Positions 1 through 12,550 of a stretch of DNA of 64,000 nt are shown here, one piece after another. Positions within the stretch are counted from its first letter, which is position 1; every line of letters starts with the position of its first letter. Below the pieces are notes generated by a model. That model saw only the letters and a program-made list of their open reading frames with translations. It had not been told where the DNA came from and did no database searches. The stretch covers positions 2,792,001 through 2,856,000 of the forward strand of contig MU058009.1 of NCBI GenBank assembly GCA_013265495.1. Direction: 5' to 3'. The position numbers and the translations under genes are program-made. This DNA is from Vicugna vicugna (Eukaryota).

Positions 1-290
1 TCAGGGCCCTGCACTTTCTATTTCCTTACTCCCTCACCACCTTTATTAAGATGCCACATTTTCAGTGAGAACTTTCCTGATGACCATTTTTAAAATTGTC
101 ATCCTGCCAGCATTTTACTTTTCTTCATTCATCATACCTAAAACTTTCTAAGATACAGTGCAATTCACTTACTTATTTTGTTCATTGTTTTCTCTGTCCA
201 GTAGAATATAAACTATACAGTGCAAGGATTTTTGTTTCTTTTGTTCATTGATGGATACACGGGACCTAGAATATTGCCTGGCAGTATTCT
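1..290 (+). mobile_element. L2 LINE 3' end fragment
   Basis: ccagtagaatataaactat...aggatttttgtttctttgttcattg...cctagaatattgcctggca resembles the L2 3' terminus. Confidence 0.6.
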
Positions 291-609
291 ACCATGAGTA
301 GAGTACATGACAACATGTACTCTAAACATTTTAGTGACATGAAAAACCAAATTTGATACAAGTCACATATGAGGGCAGTAAGTTGATGGTGAAGGCATTG
401 AAGTAGGGAGCAAAGTTACCTGCTGGGAGCAAGGTAGGGCTATGGTGCATGGCTTGAAGAGAATGTTGCAGATTTGCAGATTTGCAAGAGCAGTTGTGGG
501 AAGTGGGAAAGGCAGCACATACAAGGTCCCCAAGCCCCACAGAGGGTCTTGCTGAGGTTGAAGAAGATGCATTTGTGAGATTATCAGTCTGGAGATTTTC
601 TCCAGAATA

Positions 610-835
610 TGATAACAACTACATTTATTGAAAGTGTCAGGAGTTGTGCTAATTTTCACTATTTTGTTTTGTTCTCACAATAACTCTGAGATAGCTATTA
701 TTATTTACATTTTACTGGAGAAACATGAAAGCTTAGATAGTTAAATAACTTGTCCAAGGTTACCCAGCTAGTGAATGGCAGAGCTGGGATTCAAATTTAG
801 CTGTTTTACTCCAAAGTCCGTACTTGCACTGTGCA
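610..835 (-). mobile_element. MIR SINE
   Basis: MIR core: aaataacttgtccaaggttacccagctagtgaatggcagagctgggattcaaa. Confidence 0.75.
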
Positions 836-1499
836 CTATGTTTGTTATGGGCTTGGTATAAGAAAGAGGATTTTTCAGGTAGATCCAGTCTTGAATGTTG
901 CTCAGGTGGGTGAGGCAAAATAAGAGGCCTACAGTGTTAGGTTGTAGGAAGCAGAATGGTTGAATGGTGTGCTGTGGATTCTAGGCTGGATTGAGGTGGT
1001 ACCATAGCCATGAATGGAGTAAGTTTCCTGGTAGAAAATGGAGAAATGAAGGAATTGGAGGTAAGAAAGAAGTAGCAATGCAGGGGAGCTGCCAGTTTTA
1101 CCATCATGGCAGAATGAAGAATGAGGAACTTCTCCACTGCAAAGACATAGAAAACACGTACCTGGTCCAAAAGTGAAGGAGGAACTAAAAGCTAGATCTG
1201 TAAACCTGATGTACCAGCCGGGGAGGTAAAGGCTGGTACTGGGCTCCTAACACTTATACAAAGATAAGAGACAGAGCCTTAAGGTAGAACAAGGCAGGAA
1301 GCTGGAGCTGAGAGCCCTAAATCAAGCCAGGACTCTGGTGAAGTTACCCCTCAATGAAAGTGGGAGCTAAAATTCCCAGGGAAGTAATAAGGAAATGTGT
1401 TTATATGCCATTCCTATCAAAATGTTCAGATTTTGAATCTGCATGTGCCTTATTCTTGTTAATGGGATTCCTGAAGAGGAGATATCAGTATGAAGGCTA

Positions 1500-2560
1500 A
1501 TCCTGGATAGCTTGTTGTCCTGGACAGTGAAATCCTTTTTGTGCCTGGAAGGTGCAAATATAAAACCACTATGTATCACACTTCCATAATCTAGGAGACT
1601 CATATAGGAAAACTAGTCCCTGTTGAAGATGAACCCATAGTTAAAATCCCAAACCATATGAGAAATGATCCACTATGCACAGCCTTATCAGAATCTAATT
1701 CTATCTGTAGAATTAGAACTCTGAAAACTTGTTTTTATAAAACTCTTGAAAATATTATAAAATAATTATTTTGAAAATAACTAAAGAGATGAAAGAAGAT
1801 ATAGAAATCATAAGAAAAAAACAGGACTCTGTGAAAATAGACCATGTAGATTTGAAGAAGAACCAAATGGAACTTCTAGAAATGAAAAATATTTCCTTTG
1901 AAATTAAAACTGAGTAAGTGAGTTCAACTATAGACTAACACATTAATGAATCGTTTGTGAACTGGAACATAGCTGTAAGGTAACTATCTAAAAGATTGCA
2001 CAAAGAGAAGTGATGGAGACTATGAAAGAAAAGTTGAGATGTAAAATATAGTATCCAACACACATCTAATAGTCGCTTCCAGGCAAAGAAAGTAGAAGAA
2101 ATGGGGGAAAGGTAGTATCACAAAGACAGGGCCTGAGGATTTTCCAAGAATTATGAAAGACTTGACTGCTTAAATTGAAGAAAGCTTACTCATTAGCAAA
2201 TCAAATCAATAGCAATCCTTATGTAAACACATTATTGGAAAACTACAGGAAACTGGAGAAGAAGACAAAGGCCACCTACAGAATTAAAAACATTAAATTG
2301 GTATCTCTGAGTAGAATAGAAGCCAGAAAACACTGGAATAATATCTTTAAAGTTATGAGAAGAAGTAATCATCACACTAGGTTTCTATACCTGGCTAAAC
2401 TATCGCACAGTATTGCAGATAGGACAAAAACATTTCAGCCAGTCAAAAGAATGAAAATGTATCATTCAGTGACTCTTTCTGAAAGCATTATTAAATGTAG
2501 TAGTTAACTAAGAAGGACATGAGAATCAGAATTAATAAGTGGAATGCAAGAAGCAGTGGT
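1500..2560 (+). mobile_element. Ancient L1 (L1M/HAL1-like) ORF1 remnant
   Basis: ORF 2175-2507 contains EARKHWNNIFKVMRRSNHHTRFLYLAKLS, matching the L1 ORF1p C-terminal motif ARRxWxxIFKVLxExxxQPRILYPAKLS; upstream A-rich coiled-coil-like sequence. Confidence 0.7.
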
Positions 2561-2769
2561 GTTCAAGTAGGCAAAGGGAAAAAGTAAACCAGCTGGAGGT
2601 TTAGCAAGTGTGGTCATGGACTGATATATTGAGCTTAATATTTCAAAGGTGGAGGAGCCCTGATAAGTTCCATGTAGCCTTGAGAACAGTTGACTAGAGT
2701 GAGTGGAGTGGACATCATTAGATCCCAGAAAGTCAAGTAGCTTTCAAGCTAAGATATGGGAGGGACTAT

Positions 2770-3730
2770 ATATTATACTGACTGTTTTTCTCCACTACTT
2801 CTTAGATATATTCCTGTCTTCTCCCAGTGTTGCTTTGGACATGGGAGACTGACCCCTATGAACCATATCATCCAGGTTTCCTTGCTAGCTGGCTTCTTGT
2901 GCGGTTTGACCAATTGGAGTCCCCAGACAAAAGTCAGAGTGTGAGAGAAAGAGATCAGAGTTCTCTCCCATTCTCTCCCTGCTTTGGCATTGCTTTTCTA
3001 ACAGAAGCTGTGTGTCTCTATGACTGCAGTTCCCACTGGTGGCCCCTTTTCCATGGCTCTGGATCTCACTGAGCTCAGATAACTCTCTTCCTTCTTCTTG
3101 CATTTTGGCCCTATTGAACAACAGAATTTTTTTTTACCACCACTTGTTTCTAAGTTCTATGGGGAGATGGTTCCCTACGTGTCGCTCATGTTTTTGCACA
3201 TGTTGTGAGCAAGGTACTAAGTGCCCTTGGTTCTGACGCTCTCTCAAGGATGTTTGTATACCGATCAGCCTTGGAAAGTAAAGATAGTCTCTCTCTGGAG
3301 CAAAAGGGCAGCCATGCCTTGTGCCTGTTATTAAAGATCTGGTTTCCTAACCTCAGGGTTTCCTGGCCTGTATCTTAACCCATTGCTTGTGCAGTGGTTA
3401 TTGGGCCCCCTTTGTGTCATTTTGGGGGAACTGGGGCCTGGGAAACCAGAACAAAAATGTCGATACTCTGGCTACTGTTACTGCTGTGAGTAGTCAACTG
3501 TCCATCTTTGACCCAGGAATGTCATGTCTTCATTCAGCACCCATGAAGTTGTAATAGGCTGTCTTGTTAGCTTTCAAATAGGGTAGAATCTCACATCCTT
3601 CACAAATCTTGACAGGTACCTTGGCACCTCCTATTTGTGCCCTTGAACCTGACAGCACCTCTAAAGATAGTCCTTTCTCAAAACTCATCTCATTAAATTC
3701 TGGTTTTTTGCTAGGCCCCTGCCTGATGTA
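2770..3730 (+). mobile_element. Old ERVL-type LTR (LTR33/LTR16-like), interrupted by a second LTR
   Basis: LTR-like sequence at 2770-3110 resumes at 3615-3730 and ends ...ctaggcccctgcctgatgta; family assignment from memory. Confidence 0.4.
3115..3614 (+). mobile_element. ERV LTR (MER77/MER21-group-like)
   Basis: ctctggagcaaaagggca...tttgacccaggaatgtcatgtctt...ccttcacaaatcttgaca, a typical LTR end in CA. Confidence 0.5.
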
Positions 3731-3758
3731 CCTACATAGTTTGAAATCACAAGAGAAG

Positions 3759-4223
3759 TGAAATGGTTAATTTTGTGTTGGCCAGACAATGGTGCCAAAT
3801 TGTTTGGTTAAACACCAGTCTTAGATGTTGCTGTGAAGGTATTTTTAAGGTGTGATTATATTTACTGTTATATATATATATATATACGTATATATATATA
3901 TATATATACGTATATATATATATATATATACACTTTTTTTTAACAGACTTTGTTTAAAGCAAATTACCCCCCATAATGTGGGTGAGCCCCATCAAATCAG
4001 TTGAAGGCCTTAAGGTGAAAGATTGAGGTTTCTTAAAGAAGAAGCAATTCTGCTTCAAAACTGCAACATAGAAACCTACTTGAATTTCCTGCCTGCTGGC
4101 CTCCCTAAGATTTTGGGCTTGCTAGCCCTCAACAATTGTGTGAGCTAATTCCTTAAAATAAATCCTCTCTCTATACATATATATCTTAATTGTTTTTTTC
4201 TCCAGAGAACCCCAAGTAATACA
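3759..4223 (+). mobile_element. MLT2 (ERVL) solo LTR
   Basis: atggttaattttgtgt...ataatgtgggtgagccccatcaaatcagttgaaggcctt...ccttaaaataaatc...ccagagaacccc..taataca are hallmark MLT2 segments. Confidence 0.8.
3869..3930. repeat. (TA)n microsatellite with two CG interruptions
   Basis: Directly visible. Confidence 0.95.
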
Positions 4224-4569
4224 AGATGTTACAGAATTTAGAGGAATCTATGAACACCATGTCGAAGTCCCCAAACCATGAGTGGGAGTTTCCAGGTGGA
4301 GACCATGAGACAGCGATAGTATGAAAGAGCAGTATTGACCCCAGCGAGTAGGATTTCTTGAGTCTAAGTGGAGAGGAGGATGCTTCAGTGGTGCCTCCAG
4401 GCAACAAAGAAGGCAGAATGTGCAGCGTGGCCCTTGCCTTTGCATCAAGCTGCGTCTCCTATCTATCACTTGTGTACTTTCCCTATAAAAATGGCCCGAA
4501 GCTCTTGGACCCCAGCATTTTACTATCCAGTATCTCCTCAGCTTTGGTCTTGCAGTTCCTTCTCCCAGC

Positions 4570-4890
4570 AATCCCCTCCCTCTCTGTTTCCCACCTCTCC
4601 AGGGTCCTTTAATCTCTTATACTTGTTACATCTTCTCCTACCTGGCAAACATCTTTTCCTCCTTCAAGTCTCAGTAAAGCTTTCCTAAAAAGCAGAGTAA
4701 GGTGTACCTTTTCCCCAATTTTCTAGAAATTACCTTATTTTGTAATTCTGTTTGTATGTTTACCTCCTCATTGGTCTCTGAGCAAGAACTATGTATTTTC
4801 AGCTCAGTACTATGTGTATTTAGGACAGAACCTATCAGTTAGAATGTGCTCTAAGCGTGTTTGTTGCATGAATGAATGAGTGAATAAATA
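4570..4890 (+). mobile_element. L2 3' fragment
   Basis: Ends in gtttgttgcatgaatgaatgagtgaataaa, the L2 tail. Confidence 0.5.
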
Positions 4891-5529
4891 GATTTGTCCA
4901 TGATCATGTAAATGGTAGAATGGCGATCAAACTCAGGGTTTTCTTATCTAAAGACTATGTGTCTTCACCCACATATGATGTGATCTAGTTCCCTAGGAAT
5001 TCTGCAGATAGAATCCACCTGCTAGGAAGAAGACGTTCTGTCAGCAGTGGAAGGAAAGAAGAACAGATATGGGAGAAACTGATGAATATTCATAAAAAAA
5101 GAATAGAGCACACTAGCACTTGTTTTAATTTTATTTTATTTCGGTTTGATAGCTATTCTTTTCTGGTTGTTGACAAGATTCCCAAGGATTGATTCTCAAA
5201 TACAAAAAGAGATTTAGGCTCTGATTTGCTGTAGGCAAGATGCATATTAAAAGTCTCTCTTTGCTTCAGAATGAAAACCAGTTTGGACAGCTTCCAGGTT
5301 TATCGATAATTGGTTTATTCTTGTAAGCCTTGTCACATGCACAGTTGAGTGGGCGACTGCCCATATGGTTTGATTTTGATGTCACATAGAGAAACTGCTC
5401 CATTCCTTAAATTACCCTGTGGTGGATGGAAAGACTATACTTACTTCTATAATGGGATTGTACATTTAGACATCAGTTCCTTTAATTTAAGGCAAATCCT
5501 CTCGATTCAGTGGGCTCTACAATCTGTAA

Positions 5530-6835
5530 CTGTACATCAAGCGTTTTCCCTAAACCCCACGCCTAAATAGCCATCTGTGTCTGCTCCACAGTCACCTCCA
5601 AGGCAACATTTCCAAACTGAAATGATCTCTCTTGCCCCAGACTCATTTCTTCTGAGTTCCTCATGTCAGTGAACTGTGCTACCACTCACCAAATTTCCCA
5701 AACTAGAAACCCAAGAGCCTTCCCATCACTCACATCCAACCAGTAACTAGGCCTCTGAGTTGTTATCATGAACACTTCTTAACTCTGTCTGCTAGTCTCC
5801 ATGGGCATTACCAGTGACTTCATCATGTGTGCTCGGGGCTGAACCCCTCTTCTGTCTATTCTCTGCAGTGTGGCCAGGGAGGTCTCTCTTCCTTTTTTTA
5901 TATGAACATTCCATATTGGAAATGCAATTTTGTTTTCATAGGCAAAACCTTTTGCCATATAGATACATCATTGTACAAATGAGACGTAAACTGCTTGCTA
6001 TTTCATAAAAATAATCAAATTTATGGAAATTTATGGTTGGATAAACAAATATACATATATATATATTTACACATAAAAATAACTTGCAGTTGTGCTTACA
6101 AGAAAACAACAAAATAAAAAAATTACAGTTTCCACAGACCTACAGTCAATTAACCTTTGACAAAGGAAGCAAGAATATACAATGGAGAAAAAACAGTCTT
6201 TTTGGCAAGTGGCACTGGGAAAGCTGGACAGCCACATGTAAATCAATGACGTTAGAACACCAGGGAGGTCCCTTTTAAAGACATAGCTGCTCACATGACT
6301 CCTCTTTCTGAAATCTTATACAGTGGCTACTCATTGCCCTTAGGATAAGTACAAACTCCCATATTTCATAAGAGATCCGTTTTCTGAACCTTGTCCAACT
6401 CTTCAATATTCATCCTCCACTCTCCACCCCACCCCCACCAATTTCATGTGATATGTTATCATATTTTCCCAATCTGCTCATATCCTCTTTGTATCTTTTT
6501 ACATATTTGATCCTCTTGCCTGAGAAGCTCCTTTCCCTTGGCTGACTTCTATATGTTGAGACTCGGCTCAGTCACAAACATCCTTTGGAAAGTATTTCCA
6601 GATATTTCCTGCCTGAGCTAAATGCTCCTACCTGTGTGCTTCATAACTTCCCTACACTAACCAATATCATGGTACTTATCACTTGGTTTTGTCTGTTAAT
6701 TTTACTTCCGTGCCTTCCCAGCCAGATTATAAAGCCCTTTATGACAGAGACTATTCTGTTTATCTTTGCAAGCTGAGAACCCATCAGAGAGCTGACATTT
6801 GATTTGGTTAGCAATCAGTACATTTTGGTTGAATA
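5530..6835 (+). mobile_element. L2 fragment, interrupted at 5885-6259 by a younger insertion
   Basis: caacatttccaaactgaa...gtggctactcattgcccttaggataagt...gccagattataaagccc are L2-like on both sides of the insertion. Confidence 0.55.
6132..6260 (+). mobile_element. Young L1 ORF2 fragment (part of a chimeric insertion)
   Basis: Translates TYSQLTFDKGSKNIQWRKNSLFGKWHWESWTATCKSM, the conserved L1 ORF2p segment YGQLIFDKGxKNIQWxKDSLFNKWCW. Confidence 0.85.
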
Positions 6836-7649
6836 AGGGGAAAAACTAAATGACACATAATGGGTGGTTTGAGAGGGCTAAGAAAATACATTTTATCTAC
6901 AATATAGTTTAAGTTTTTTTATTGTGGTAAAATATATACAACATGAAATTTCCATTTTAACCATTTTAAAGTATACAATTCAGTGGCATTAAGTACATTC
7001 AAATTGTTGTGCAACCATTACCACTAACCCTTTTCAGAACTCTTTCATTATTCCGAACATGAACTCTGTATCCATTAAACAATAACTCCTCATTCCACCT
7101 TTCCCACAGCCCTTGGTAACCTCTACTTTCTGTTTCCATGAATTTGCCTATTCTTGCTAACGCATGTAAGTAGAATCATAGAGATCTGTCCCTTTGTATC
7201 TGTATTATTTCACTTAGCGTAGTGTTTCAGTGTTCATCTATTTTGTAGCATGTGCCAGAATTTCGTTCATTTTGAAGGCTAAAAAGTATTCCATTGTATG
7301 CGTATACTACATTTTGTTATCCATTCATCTGTTGGTGGACACTTGGATTGTCTCCACCTTTTGACTATTGTAAATAACGCTGCTATGAGTATTTGTGTAC
7401 AAGTATCCATTTGGGTCCCTGGTTTCAATTCTTTTGGCTGTATTTCCTGTAAGTGGAATTGGTAGATAACATGATAGTTCTATGTTTACCTTTTTGAGAA
7501 ACCATCACAGTGTTTCCACAGTGTCTGCACCATTTTACATTTCCCCCAGCAATGAACAAAGGTTTAAATTTCTGTGCGTCACCATGAACACTTGTAATTT
7601 TCTCTCTTTTTCTTTTTGAGGTATTATCCATCCTTTTGAGTGTTAAGTA

Positions 7650-7864
7650 CAGTTGACCCTTGAGTGATGTGGGAGTTGGGGCATTGACCCCCAATGCAGT
7701 CAAAATCCACTTATAACTTTAAAGCTGAGCCCCGGAATCTACCATTTAGCATCCAAGGATTCAAACAACCTCGATTATGGAGTACTGTGGTATATATTTA
7801 CTTACAAAAATCCACAATTGTAAGACCTGTGCAGTTCAAACCCATGTTGTTCAAGAGTTGACTG
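7650..7864. mobile_element. TcMar-Tigger MITE (MER8/Tigger2-like) inserted in the L1
   Basis: Imperfect TIRs cagttgacccttga...tcaagagttgactg flanked by TA on both sides (7648-7649, 7865-7866). Confidence 0.8.
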
Positions 7865-9117
7865 TAGCATCCCCTTGTGGTTTCCATTTGCATTTCCCAA
7901 ATGGCTGGTGATGTTGAACATCTTTTCATGTGCTTGTTGGCCAATTGTGTATCTTCTTTGGATAGATGTGTTTTCAAGTATTTTGCCTATTTTTAAACTG
8001 AGTTGTTTGTTTTTCTGTGGTTGAGTTGTTTGGGGTTCTTTCTATATTCTGGATATAAGATATATGATTGGCAAATATTTTCTTCCTTTTTGTGGGTTAC
8101 TTTTTCACTCTCTCAGTAGCGTCCTTTGATTCACAAAAATTTTTAATTTTGATGGACTCCAATGTATCTACTTTTTCTTTTGTTGTTTGTTTTTGGTGTC
8201 ATATCTAAGATATCATTGACAAATAGAACTTGTGAAGTTTTTGTATGTTTTGTTCTAACAGTTTTATAGTTTCAGCTCTTGTATTTAGATTATTGATCCA
8301 TTTTGTTAACTTTTACATATAATGTAAGGTAAGGATCCAACTTCATTCTTTTGCATGTTGATGTCCAGTTGTCCCAGCATCATTTGTTGAAAAGATTGTC
8401 CTTTCCCTATTGAATAGTCTTGGCATCCTTGTTGAAAATTATTTGACTAAATATGTGAAAGTTTATTTCTGGGGTCTCTATTGTATTACATTGGTCTACA
8501 TGTCTTTCTTTATGCCAGTACCACATTGTTTTGATTATTGTGGCTTTGTAGTAAGTTCTGAAATTTAGAAGTGTGAATCCTCCAATTTTGTTTTTCTTTT
8601 CAAGATTGTTTTGACTATTTGGGGTGACTTGAGATTCTGTATGAATTTTAGAATGGATTTTTCTATTTCTGCAAAAAATATCATTGGGATTTTAATAGGA
8701 ATAGTACTGAATCTGTGCATTGCTTTTGGTAGTATTGATGTCTTAACACTAATAAGTTTTCTGATCCATGGACATTGAATGTCTTTCTACTTATTTTTGT
8801 CTTTAAGTTCTTTCAGCAACATTTTATTGTTGTAAGTGCATAATTCTTTAGCCTCCTAGGTTAAGTTTATTCTTAAATATTTTATTCTTTCTGATGTGAC
8901 TGTATATGAAATTTTCTTAATTTTTATTTTCAGATTATTTGTTGCTGTTGTATAGAAATGCACTATTTTTGAGTGTTGGTTTTGTATTCTGCAAGTTTTC
9001 TGAATTTTTAATTAGTTCTAACTGTTTTTGTATGGAATCTTTTAGTTTTCTACATATAAGATCATGTTGTCTGTGAACACAGGTAACTTTACTTCTTTTT
9101 TTCCAATTTGGATACAT

Positions 9118-9346
9118 TTTCTTCCTTCCTTCCTTCCTTCCTTTCTTCTTCCCTCCCTCCCTCCTTTCCCTTCCCTTCCCTTCCCTCACTCCCCTCCCTT
9201 CCTCATCCCCCTCTGTCCCCTCCCTTCCTCCCTCTTTCTTTTCTTCCTCCTGCTTTCTTTTCTTTCTCCCTTCTTCCCTCTTTTTTCTCCCTCTCTCCTT
9301 TCTTTCTTCCTTTCTTCCTACCTTCCTTCTTTCCTTCCTTCCTTCC
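9118..9346. repeat. Nearly pure pyrimidine (CCTT/CT) simple repeat
   Basis: ~230 bp of almost exclusively C/T inside the L1. Confidence 0.9.
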
Positions 9347-9622
9347 ACCTAGTTGCTCTGCCTAGAAATTCTAATACTATTTTGAATAGAAGTGGTGAAA
9401 GTGAGCATCCTTGTCTTCTTCCTGGTCTTAGAGGAAAAGCTTTCAGTCTTTCAGCTTTGAACATTTTGTTAGCTGTGGATTTTTCATATATAGCCTCTAT
9501 CATGTTGAAGAAATTTCTTTCTATTCCTAATTTATTGATTGTATTTATCATGAAAGGATGTAGAATTTTCTCAAATTCTTTTCTTTTTTTTTTTTTTTTT
9601 CTTTTTTTTTGTTTTTTTTCCC

Positions 9623-9674
9623 NNNNNNNNNNNNNNNNNNNNNNNNNNNNNNNNNNNNNNNNNNNNNNNNNNNN
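9623..9674. other. Assembly gap (52 N) within a poly-T tract
   Basis: Run of n flanked by poly-T. Confidence 1.
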
Positions 9675-9675
9675 T

Positions 9676-9706
<31 letters not shown>

Positions 9707-12511
9707 TTTGGTTTTTTCCCCCCTTCATTCTGTTAATTCTATCAATATTGTCTTCTACATGGGTTGATTTTCATGTGTTGAACTATCCTTGCATTCCAGG
9801 AACAAAACTAGCTTGGCCATGGTATATAACCCTTTTAAAATGCTGCTGAATTTGGTTTGCTAGTAGTTTGTTGAGGGTCAGTATTCTTAATGGTTCAACA
9901 TTCTTAATGGATATTGGTCTGTAGTTTTCTTTAGTATTTTTGTTTGGCTTTGATATCAGGGTAATGATGGCCTCATAGAAGGAGTTAGAAAATATTTCCT
10001 CCTCTTCAAGTGTTTTTTCTTTTAAGAATTTAAGAAAGACTGGTGTTAATTCTTCTTAAATGTTTGGTAGAATTCACCAGTAAGCCATCTGACACTGGGC
10101 TTTTCCTTGTTGAGAGATTTTGATTTCTGATTCAATCTTCTTGCTGGTTATAGGTCTATTCAGATTTTCTCTTTCTTCATGAGTCAGTTTTGGTAGGTTA
10201 TGTGTTTCTAAGAATTTGTCCACTTCGTCTAGATTATCCTGTGTGTTGGCATATAATTATCCATAATATTCTCTTATAATCCTTTTTAGTTCTGTAAAAT
10301 CAGTGGTAATTTCCTCACTTTTTTTCTTATTTAGTAATTTGTGTTTTCTCTCTTTTTTCCTTAGTCAATCTAGCTAAATTATTGTCAGTTATATTGATTT
10401 TGTTTTTCAAAGAATCAACTTTTTAGTTTTGTTGATTTTCTCTATTGTTTTTCTGTTCTCTATTTACCTCCACTCTAATCTGTATTTCCTTCTGTCTGCT
10501 AGTATTGGGCTTCCCTATTTTCTCTACCAGTTCCAGGTGTAAAATTAGGTTACTGATTTGAGATCATTCTTCTTTTTTAATGTAAGTTTATAGAGCTGTA
10601 ATTTTCCCTTTTAGCACTACTTTTGCTGCATTCTACAAATTTTGATATGTTGTGTTTTCATTTTTATTTTAATCAAGGTATTTTCTAACTTCTCTTGTGA
10701 TTTCTTCTTTAACTCATTTATTATTTAAGAGTATGTTGTTTCATTTCCACATGTTTTTGAATTTTCTAATTTTCCTTCTGTCTTTGATTCCTAGTTTTAT
10801 TGTATTTTGATAGGAAGATACTTTGCATGATTTCAGTCTTTTTAAATTTATTAAGAATTGTTTTGTGTTCTAACTTATGGTCTTTCTTGGAGAATGTTTC
10901 ATGTGCAATTGAGAAAAATGTGTATTCTATTGTTGTTGAATGGAGTTTTCTGTATATACATGCATACATGCATATATTTTGTTTATAATGTTCAAGTTCT
11001 CTATTCCTTATTGATCTTCTGTCTGGTTGTTCTGTTCATTCTTGAAAATAGGGTATTATAGTCTCCATCTATTTTTGTAGGACTATTTCTCCTTTCAATT
11101 CTGAATATATATTTTCTCTTAAATCTTTTATCAGAGATTTTTATTTCTTCATATAGCTTCAAGCTATTGTCTAGCATGCTTTCATTTTAACCTGAAAGAC
11201 TCACTTTAGGATTTCTGGTTTGGAAGCCCAGTGGTAATCAGTTCACTCAGCTTTTGTTTATCTGAGAAGCCTTAATTTTTCCTTTATTTTTGAAGGAAAA
11301 CTTTGCCAGGCATAGAGTTTTTGGTTGACAGTTTATATCTTTCAGTACTTTAAAGAGTTCATCCAAGGTCTTTCTGGCCTGCAGGGTTTCCTGTGAGAAA
11401 ATGGCTGATACTCTAATTGAGGATCACTCGTGTATGATGATTATTCACTTTTCTCTTGCTGCTTTTTAAGAATCTCTCTTTATCTTTGAACAGTTGCTTA
11501 TAATATGTCTTGGCTGGGTCTTTTTGAGTTTATCCTACTTGGAGTTCATTGGGCTTCTTAAAGTTGTGGGTTTATGCATTTCATCAAAGGTGGGATGTTT
11601 TGCCATTATTTCTTCAAATAATCTTTTCCTCCCTTTCTCACTTCTCTTCTGGGACTCAAGTAATGTGTATGTTGGTACGCTTAATGGTCCCTTTGGTTCA
11701 CCTTTCTTCATTCTTCTTTATTTCCACACCTGAGGCTCCATAATTTTGATTGTCTTATTCTCACATTTGCTGGTCCTTTATTCTGTTTGCTCAAATCTAC
11801 TGTTGAATCCCTCTAGTGAAATTTTTATTTCAATTATTGTTATTTTCAGCTTCAGAATTTCTATTTGGTGTTTTTTTTTTAATAAATTCTGTCTTTTTGT
11901 CAGTATTCTCATTTTATTAACATATCATTTTTTTCTAATTTCCTTTAGTTCTTTATCCATGTTTTCCTTTGAGTATATTTAAGTTTTATCTAGTAAGTCT
12001 GATATCTCGGCATCCTCAGGAATGGTTTCTGTGAATTGATTTTGTTCCTTTGAATGAGCCATGTTTTCCTATTTCTATCTATACCTTACAATCTTCTGTT
12101 GCTGAAAATTGGACGCTTAACTATTATCATATCATAACTCCGGAACTCACATCCTTCCCCTTTCCCAGGGTTGACTGGTTTTGTTGTTGTTGTTGTTGAA
12201 GTCTGCGGTAGTCTGGGTGTTTTTGTAACTATTTTTGTAGAGGCTGTTGCTTGTCAGGTGTGATCACTGACGTCTCTGTTCCTTTAGCTCATATTCAGCT
12301 CAAAATCAGATGTTCTAGTAAGATTTCTTTGAATGCCAGGAACTCTTTCAGTGTTTGCGGATTGGCTGTGTGCTAGGACATTCCTTCAACACTTAGCTGG
12401 GCTTGTTTTGAAGTTAGCAGTCAGGCTGAGGTAGAAGCTTAAGATTGTATCTGATCTTTTCTGAATGTGCATCTTACCTGGATGTGCATAAGGCTTCCTA
12501 AATCCTCCCGT

Positions 12512-12550
<39 letters not shown>

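Noticed and set aside
2175..2507. Domesticated L1 ORF1 gene (L1TD1-like)
   Set aside because: Short, non-ATG start, and surrounded by stop-riddled L1 sequence; a decayed repeat.
8935..9849. 137-aa and 261-aa ORFs
   Set aside because: Translations of the CCTT repeat, L1 sequence and the N gap.
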